Source: Bacillota bacterium | GTDB lineage: Bacteria; Bacillota; Clostridia; Peptostreptococcales; Anaerovoracaceae | Direction: 5' to 3' | NCBI GenBank assembly: GCA_017621195.1 | Contig: JAGATO010000324.1 | Span: 1 to 33,986 of the forward strand | Length of the DNA stretch: 33,986 nt | Part shown: one piece after another, positions 24,804 to 31,004 of the stretch | How positions within the stretch are numbered: position 1 is the first letter of the stretch | Layout: every line of letters begins with the position of its first letter | Position numbers and translations under genes: made by a program | The notes under the pieces: model-generated | The model's database searches: none | Told to the model about the DNA's origin: nothing | Seen by the model: the letters and a program-made list of their open reading frames with translations, nothing else

Positions 24804-24843
24804 AAGGAGAAAGGAGAGCGTCGGCGGAATCGTACCGCCGACG
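24804..24843 (+). promoter_or_regulatory. Tandem SD-like AAGGAG motifs followed by a perfect 9-bp hairpin, upstream of the Nif3-like gene
   Basis: AAGGAG at 24804-24809 and 24811-24816, then CGTCGGCGG-aatcgta-CCGCCGACG (24819-24843), then 10 nt to ATG 24854. No U-tract. Confidence 0.5.
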
Positions 24844-24853
24844 ATGAGATACT

Positions 24854-25687
24854 ATGGCTTTAACGACACAGGAAATGGTTAAGATCGCGCTGGATCTGGT
24901 GGGCTACGATGAGCTGCCCATCGACTCTCAGCTGACGGTTCCCGGCGAGAACATCACGAAGGTTCTGGCCGGTATCGACATGGGAACGGCGGAGATCATG
25001 CTGGCAAAGCAGCTGGGCTACGACTGCGTATTCCGTCACCACAATCTGACCTCGAAGATGGGCCGCCTGGGCGAGCTGGTCTGCGAGGATCACTACAAGA
25101 AGCTGGTGAAGAACGGCGTTCCGGTGAATGTGGCCCAGAAGGTGATGGCCTGCCGGAAGCAGGAAGTGGAAATCATGTTCCACGGAAACAATTTCGAGGG
25201 CGCCGGTCAAACGGCAAAGCTGCTGAATATGCCCTTCGTCGGCCTGCACACGCCTGCCGATCTGCTGGGAGAGCGGACGGTAGAGGCGAAGATCGCCGAA
25301 GTCTACGCGGCGAAGGAAAACCCCACGGTGGGCGATCTGTTTGATGCCATCATGACCATCCGGGAGTTCAAGGAAGCCTCCGACGGGCAGCGCCCCGTCA
25401 TCTGGGTAGGCGACAGAGACAGCTACGCGGGAAAGGCCGTGGTGGAATTCTCCGGCGGTCTGGCTCCCGAGTGGGAAGAGGTGAAGGCCTACGTGGATGC
25501 CGGTGTGGGAACGTTCATCAGCATGCACATGGATAGCGGTATCGTGAAAAAGCTGCGGGAGGACAACCGGGCCAACGCCATCATCTGCGGCCACATGGCT
25601 TCCGATTCCATCGGCATGAACATCATTCTGGAGGCCTGGAAACAGGCGGGCGGTATCGAATACACCTGCATCGGAGGCATGGTGTAG
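24854..25687 (+). CDS. Nif3-like (DUF34) dinuclear-metal-centre family protein, divergent
   Basis: 277 aa. Co-linear by eye with NIF3/YbgI landmarks: ...KVLAGIDMGTAEIMLAKQLGYDCVFRHHNL (HH motif), VGLHTPAD, and C-terminal GTFISMHMD ... CGHMASDSIG. Confidence 0.55.
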   Translation: MALTTQEMVKIALDLVGYDELPIDSQLTVPGENITKVLAGIDMGTAEIMLAKQLGYDCVFRHHNLTSKMGRLGELVCEDHYKKLVKNGVPVNVAQKVMACRKQEVEIMFHGNNFEGAGQTAKLLNMPFVGLHTPADLLGERTVEAKIAEVYAAKENPTVGDLFDAIMTIREFKEASDGQRPVIWVGDRDSYAGKAVVEFSGGLAPEWEEVKAYVDAGVGTFISMHMDSGIVKKLREDNRANAIICGHMASDSIGMNIILEAWKQAGGIEYTCIGGMV

Positions 25688-25697
25688 GAGGAACGAT

Positions 25698-27488
25698 ATG
25701 GACAGAATTCTGATTCAAAACGGTACGGTGATCGATGGCAGCGGCGCACCGGGATTTGTGGCGGACGTTCTGATCGGTGACGGACGGATTCTGAAAATCG
25801 GGCCGGAGCTGGGCGACCGGCCCGACTGCGCCGGTGCGGAGATCATCGACGCCGCAGGAAAGCTGGTGACGCCGGGCTTCATCAACATGCACTCCCACGC
25901 GGATTGCTCGGCTGCCATGTACCCGAATATGGAAAGCACTCTGGGCCAGGGCGTAACCACGGAGTTCACGGGCCACTGCGGTCTGGGCGTAGCCCCCATC
26001 AAGGAACACTGGCTGTATATGTTTCCGGAGAAGAAGGCCTTCCGTCAGGTCAATCCGGAACCCATCGGCGGAATCAACCCCTACGGCGCCTACATCGTTC
26101 CTGCGGAGCGCATGCGTCCTGCCTTTGAGCGGGCGTACGGCCAGAAGCTGGACTGGGCCACCTTCGGGGAGTTTCTGGATCACCTGCGCAGGGTAAGAAC
26201 CGGCGCCAATCTGGCGACGGTGGCCGGACAGGCGCACATTCGTCTGCAGGCCATGGGGCTGGACTACAAGCGTCCGGCTACGGAGGGGGAGATCCGCGCC
26301 ATGGAGGACAGTCTCGAGGAAGCCATGGACGGCGGCGCTCTCGGTCTCGGTCTGGGACTGGACTATCATCCGGGGCTGTACGCGTCCCGGGAGGAGCTGC
26401 TGCGGCTGATGACGCTGGTGGCCCGCCGGGGCGGCATCGTGACGGCTCACACCAGAATGCGGCCCAACGACTATTATCAGCACAAGGCCAACGTGTACGA
26501 AAGCTACCGGGAATTCATGGAGCTGGGGCTGGAAAGCGGAGCGCGGATTCACATCAGCCACATTTCCAACGCCTTCGAAGTGACACCCAAGGATGACGCT
26601 ATGGAGAAGAAGGGGGTACGGCGGACGCTGGCTCTGCTGGGACAATACCGGGAACAGGGCCTTTCTGTGACCTGGGACGTGATTCCCTACGGTGCCTTCG
26701 GACCGTTCCACTATCCCATGGCAGCCTCCATGTTCCAGCCTTACGTGGAGCAGTGCGGCGGCGTTACGGCCTTTGCGGAGGTGCTGAAGGTGGGCAATTA
26801 CCGCCAACTGATCGCCGAAGAGATCCGCGGCGGCAACCACGCTTCCCGCGGGATTTTCACCCGATTCAATCCCAAGGGCGACCCAGAATGGGATACGCGC
26901 CAGCGGTTTACCAGGACGAAGGATGAGACGCTTGTGGGAAAGACGATCCGCGAGGCAGCAGGAGGCAAGGATAGCCTGGACTTCCTTCTGGATCTTCTGG
27001 CGGAGGATCCTCAGGCCAGCATCATTCAGCTGAGCCGCCGTCCGGAGCACACGCCGGACCGGGATGAATTCGTGGAGCAGCAGGACGCCACCATCGGTCT
27101 GGACACCTGGACCTTCGATTACGACGCCTGCTTAAATGAGGAAGGGATGCCGCTGGAATGCGGTTCTCCGGCCACCTACGAGGGAATGACCGCCTTTTTG
27201 GAACGGGAAAAGGCCAGGGGAGTTTCCGTGGAAACCACCGTGCAGAAGCTGACCTCAAACGCGGCCCGGTGCCTGGGATTGACGGATCGGGGGCTGATCC
27301 GGGAGGGATATGCAGCGGATCTTTTAGTGGTGGACTACGATCATTTTTCCGCCTGTCAATGTCTGGCCGATCCGCGTCACGGAGCCCGGGGGCTGGATTA
27401 CGTTATTGTAGGAGGGCAGGTTGCCGTCCGTCAGAAGATACATACTCATGTCCGCAGCGGAAGGATTCTGCAGGCGGAAAAGGGGTGA
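25698..27488 (+). CDS. D-aminoacylase-type amidohydrolase (N-acyl-D-amino-acid deacylase family)
   Basis: 596 aa, AGGAGG 6 nt upstream. N-terminus ILIQNGTVIDGSG...VTPGFINMHSHAD and QGVTTEFTGHCGLGVAP, typical of this amidohydrolase subfamily. Confidence 0.8.
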   Translation: MDRILIQNGTVIDGSGAPGFVADVLIGDGRILKIGPELGDRPDCAGAEIIDAAGKLVTPGFINMHSHADCSAAMYPNMESTLGQGVTTEFTGHCGLGVAPIKEHWLYMFPEKKAFRQVNPEPIGGINPYGAYIVPAERMRPAFERAYGQKLDWATFGEFLDHLRRVRTGANLATVAGQAHIRLQAMGLDYKRPATEGEIRAMEDSLEEAMDGGALGLGLGLDYHPGLYASREELLRLMTLVARRGGIVTAHTRMRPNDYYQHKANVYESYREFMELGLESGARIHISHISNAFEVTPKDDAMEKKGVRRTLALLGQYREQGLSVTWDVIPYGAFGPFHYPMAASMFQPYVEQCGGVTAFAEVLKVGNYRQLIAEEIRGGNHASRGIFTRFNPKGDPEWDTRQRFTRTKDETLVGKTIREAAGGKDSLDFLLDLLAEDPQASIIQLSRRPEHTPDRDEFVEQQDATIGLDTWTFDYDACLNEEGMPLECGSPATYEGMTAFLEREKARGVSVETTVQKLTSNAARCLGLTDRGLIREGYAADLLVVDYDHFSACQCLADPRHGARGLDYVIVGGQVAVRQKIHTHVRSGRILQAEKG

Positions 27489-27494
27489 AGTGAA

Positions 27495-28643
27495 ATGAAA
27501 TACGATTTTGAGACCATTGCCGATAGCATCGACTACGGCTTTGGTACGGATTTTAACGAAGAACATACCACGATGGCAGGAGCGCAGCTTCACGTGAAGA
27601 CGGCACCCTGCATTAGCGATGCTCTGGCGCGACTGTCCCAGGCTGGCCTCTACGGCTGGACCAGCTCGGAGGATCCCCGGTACATCGGCGCTATCGTGAA
27701 CTGGATGAAGCAGGTTCGGGACTGGGACGTTTCACCGGAGTGGATCGTGCCGTCCTACGGGATTTTGCAGGGCATGTGCGCCTGTATGCGGGCCTTCAGC
27801 CAGCCGGGAGACGGCGTCATCGTCCAACAGCCCACCTACGTTTTGTACATGCGGGAAATATCCCGATGTGAGCGTCGTCTGGTGAACAATCCGCTGGTCC
27901 TGCGGGACGATCACTACGAGATGGACTTCGCGGATCTGGAAGAGAAGATGAGGGATCCGAAGAACAAGCTGATGATCCTGTGCAATCCCCACAATCCGCT
28001 GATGGACGTCTGGTCTCCGGCGGATCTGGAACGGGTGGCGGAGCTGGCCAATCGGTACGGCGTGGTGGTGATCTCCGACGAGATCTTCGCGGAGCACGCC
28101 TTCGGCGCGGAGATGGTTCCCTACGCTGCGGTGAAGGGCGCTCGGGATCACTGCGTGGTCTGCACCAGCCTGGGAAAGGCCTTCAATTTCACGGGAACCA
28201 GCCACGGAAACATCATCATCCCCAACGACGAGCTGCGGGAGAAGTACATCGAACAGCGCAACAGCGACCATTACAACAGCCTGAGCCCCTTCATGCGGGT
28301 GGCAACGCTGGCCGCTTATACCCCCGAGGGAAAGGACTGGATCGACGCGCTGATGGAGTTTACGAAGGAAAACGAGCGGATCGTCCGTCGGTTTTTGGAG
28401 GAAAACCTGCCTCAGGTGAAGGTGATGCGCCACACGGCGGGAACGCTGTTATGGGTGGACTGGCGCGGTTACGGTGATCAGAATAAGGTGAAGCGGCTGT
28501 TTGACGCCGCCGGTGTGGAACCGGACTTCGGAGACAAGTACGGAGACGCGGGCCGCGGCTTCCTGCGGATGCAGATCGGAATGCCGGTGAAGGAGCTGAC
28601 CGGCGCTTTGGAGCGGCTGAAAGCGGCGCTGGCGAACGTATAA
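27495..28643 (+). CDS. MalY/PatB-type PLP-dependent C-S lyase (cystathionine beta-lyase-like aminotransferase fold)
   Basis: 382 aa. LCNPHNPLMDVW, VISDEIFAEH, and PLP lysine in CTSLGKAFNFTGTSHG. Confidence 0.8.
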   Translation: MKYDFETIADSIDYGFGTDFNEEHTTMAGAQLHVKTAPCISDALARLSQAGLYGWTSSEDPRYIGAIVNWMKQVRDWDVSPEWIVPSYGILQGMCACMRAFSQPGDGVIVQQPTYVLYMREISRCERRLVNNPLVLRDDHYEMDFADLEEKMRDPKNKLMILCNPHNPLMDVWSPADLERVAELANRYGVVVISDEIFAEHAFGAEMVPYAAVKGARDHCVVCTSLGKAFNFTGTSHGNIIIPNDELREKYIEQRNSDHYNSLSPFMRVATLAAYTPEGKDWIDALMEFTKENERIVRRFLEENLPQVKVMRHTAGTLLWVDWRGYGDQNKVKRLFDAAGVEPDFGDKYGDAGRGFLRMQIGMPVKELTGALERLKAALANV

Positions 28644-28660
28644 CGGCGGCTTTTCGTTTG

Positions 28661-30193
28661 TCATTCGTCCCAGTCCCGCCGCTTGTCCTTGCGGCGCTTT
28701 CCGAAACGGTCTTTATAAAATCTGCTGCGATCAGAATCGCTGCGCTCTTTCTTGTGGTGTTCTTTCTTGTGGCGGAAGATGTTGGCCGCTGGCGTCTCGT
28801 CCAGCTCGGTGCGGCTGTAACGGCGCTGATCGAATTCGTCAAAGGCCATGCCGAACAGGGCGGCTGCCACGTCCTCGGTGCTGTAGCCCAAAGGAGAACG
28901 CGCATCGCCGCAGCTTCCGTCGGAATGGGGCGAATCGGTGTCCGCTGCGTCGGAAAAGCCGCTGTCCAGGATCTGGCGGATCACCGGAATGTACTTTCGG
29001 TATCGGCCCTTGTCCATGGTCCGCTGAACCTTTTGGATGGCCAGCTCCACCCGGACGCGCTCCACATCCTCCAGCGTAGGAGCCTTCATGGGAAGGATCT
29101 CAGCCTTGGTGTAGCGCTGGATGGCCCGAAGACGGTAGTGATCTCTGCCGTAGACGAAGGAATAGGAGACGCCGGAATTGCCGGCGCGGCCCGTGCGGCC
29201 GATGCGGTGGACGTAGTATTCCTCGTCGCTGGGAAGGTCGTAGTTGAATACGGCGTCGATGCCGGTCACGTCGATGCCCCGGGCAGCTACGTCGGTGGCT
29301 ACCAGCAGCTTCAGCTGCCCCTTGCGGAAGCGGTTCATGACGCGATCGCGTTCCAACTGCTTCATGTCGCCGTGGAGAGCCTCCGCCCGGAATCCGCGGC
29401 CCTGCAGGCCCTGAGCAACCTGGTCGGCCCGCAGCTTCGTGTTGACGAAGACGAGGCCCAGCTGAACGTTTTTAACGTCCACCAGGCGGCAGAGCAGCTC
29501 CAGCTTGTTCTGCTCCCGAACCTCCAGATAATACTGGTCGATGGTGGGAACGGTCAGCTCGCGATTCACCGTTTTCAGGTGAACGGGATCCTTCTGGTAC
29601 AGAGCGGTCAGCTCCAGAATCTCCGGCGGCATGGTTGCCGAAAACAGCAGCGTCTGGCGATCTTCGGGGAGCTGCGCCAGAATGGCGTCGATATCCTCGC
29701 GAAAGCCCATGTTCAGCATTTCATCGGCCTCGTCCAGAACCACCGTGCGCAGGCTCTGAACCTTCAGCGTGTGGCGGCGCAGGTGATCGAGAATGCGGCC
29801 CGGCGTTCCTACGATGATCTGCGGGCGCTTCTTCAGCGCCATGATCTGGTGGTCGATGGTCTGACCGCCGTAGAGAGCCAGAACGCGGACGTCCTTTTTA
29901 TATCGTGCAACTGCCGACAGCTCCTCGGCCATCTGGATTGCCAGCTCCCGGGTGGGGCACAGCGCCAGAACCTGAACGCCGGTCAGCTCCGGATCGATGG
30001 ATTCCACGGCGGGAATGCCGAAGGCGCAGGTTTTTCCCGTACCGGTGCGGGCCTGACCGATGACGTCGCGGCCCTCCAAAATCGGCGGGATTGCCAGAGA
30101 CTGAATCGGCGTAGCTTCTTCGAAGCCCATGCGGTCCAGTGCCTTCAGCACTTCCGCAGATAGGGGCAGATCGCTAAAAATCAATGGTTCCAT
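28661..30193 (-). CDS. DEAD-box ATP-dependent RNA helicase with basic C-terminal tail
   Basis: Q motif GFEEATPIQ, Walker A ARTGTGKT, then DEAD, SAT and HRIGRTGRAG. Lys/Arg-rich tail (RHKKEHHKKERSDSDRSRFYKDRFGKRRKDKRRDWDE). Confidence 0.9.
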   Translation of the reverse strand: MEPLIFSDLPLSAEVLKALDRMGFEEATPIQSLAIPPILEGRDVIGQARTGTGKTCAFGIPAVESIDPELTGVQVLALCPTRELAIQMAEELSAVARYKKDVRVLALYGGQTIDHQIMALKKRPQIIVGTPGRILDHLRRHTLKVQSLRTVVLDEADEMLNMGFREDIDAILAQLPEDRQTLLFSATMPPEILELTALYQKDPVHLKTVNRELTVPTIDQYYLEVREQNKLELLCRLVDVKNVQLGLVFVNTKLRADQVAQGLQGRGFRAEALHGDMKQLERDRVMNRFRKGQLKLLVATDVAARGIDVTGIDAVFNYDLPSDEEYYVHRIGRTGRAGNSGVSYSFVYGRDHYRLRAIQRYTKAEILPMKAPTLEDVERVRVELAIQKVQRTMDKGRYRKYIPVIRQILDSGFSDAADTDSPHSDGSCGDARSPLGYSTEDVAAALFGMAFDEFDQRRYSRTELDETPAANIFRHKKEHHKKERSDSDRSRFYKDRFGKRRKDKRRDWDE

Positions 30194-30213
30194 ATAATAT
30201 CCTTTCCAAAGAA

Positions 30214-30260
30214 AAAGTGTTGTATCGATAAAGTCATAACTGTATCATTATACAACACTT
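30214..30260 (-). terminator. 11-bp perfect inverted repeat, probable terminator of the RND-tetR unit
   Basis: Minus strand: AAGTGTTGTAT-n25-ATACAACACTT followed by TTTTT. The loop and 3' arm carry a TATAAT that could serve the helicase gene. Confidence 0.45.
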
Positions 30261-30272
30261 GGCTTGATAACA

Positions 30273-30935
30273 CTATTCTTTTTTACAGGGGGAGCAGAAT
30301 CCCTGAAGGATCAGATCAATCAGATCCTCCCCGTTGGCCCCATTCAGAATGTTGGGGGGAAGCAGATGACCGGGGAGAGGGATCGCTTCATCACAGTATT
30401 CATGCGGATACTGTTCAAACAGATCCTGGGCAATGCCGCAGGAGCTCATCAGGATGATGGCGCCCAGCGCCGTGTTGATCTGACGAAGCTCACCGGTGTG
30501 AACGCCATCCTCCAAAATACGGCGTACCGTGTGAAATTTGAACTGCAGCATGTCCGTTACGGCCTGCTTCAGGCCGGGAAAATGGGCGAACTCCATGTGA
30601 AACTGAAGCGTTCCCATGGATTGGAGACCGACGCGCTGCCTTAGCTCGCGATCAATCTTGGTGATGGTCAGCAGCTTCTCCCGTGCGGAAGCGGTTTCCA
30701 TGGCGCTCAGCGTTTCGCTGACGGTTTCTTTATAATAGCGACAGTACATCTCCAGAATGTTTTGGAACAGAGACTCCTTGCTGTCAAAATATTCGTAGAC
30801 GGTTCCCTTGCCGATGCCGGCTTTCTGGGCGATATCGATGATCTTCGACTTTTCATAACCGTTTTCGAGAAAGACCGCCAGAGCCGCGTCCATGATGGCT
30901 CGTCGCTTTTTCTTCGTTTTTTCCTTCATTTCCAT
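30273..30935 (-). CDS. TetR/AcrR-family transcriptional regulator
   Basis: 220 aa. N-terminal HTH RRAIMDAALAVFLENGYEKSKIIDIAQKAGIGKGTVYEYFDSKESLF. Confidence 0.9.
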   Translation of the reverse strand: MEMKEKTKKKRRAIMDAALAVFLENGYEKSKIIDIAQKAGIGKGTVYEYFDSKESLFQNILEMYCRYYKETVSETLSAMETASAREKLLTITKIDRELRQRVGLQSMGTLQFHMEFAHFPGLKQAVTDMLQFKFHTVRRILEDGVHTGELRQINTALGAIILMSSCGIAQDLFEQYPHEYCDEAIPLPGHLLPPNILNGANGEDLIDLILQGFCSPCKKE

Positions 30936-31004
30936 AACAAACCTCGGCGGAAGCGGGAGGGGGAGAAGGTCATAAGCCGTTCTCCGCCAGCCTCCGCAGT
31001 ATCA

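Noticed and set aside
25623-27050. 475-aa minus-strand ORF opposite the D-aminoacylase-type gene
   Set aside because: Codon-aligned antisense shadow of a gene with clear amidohydrolase motifs. The sequence is Arg/Gly/Pro/His-rich and has no start-site context.
28658-30163. 501-aa + strand ORF opposite the DEAD-box helicase
   Set aside because: Same codon-aligned antisense artefact (both coordinates are 2 mod 3). The minus strand carries all helicase motifs. The + strand product has no recognisable features.
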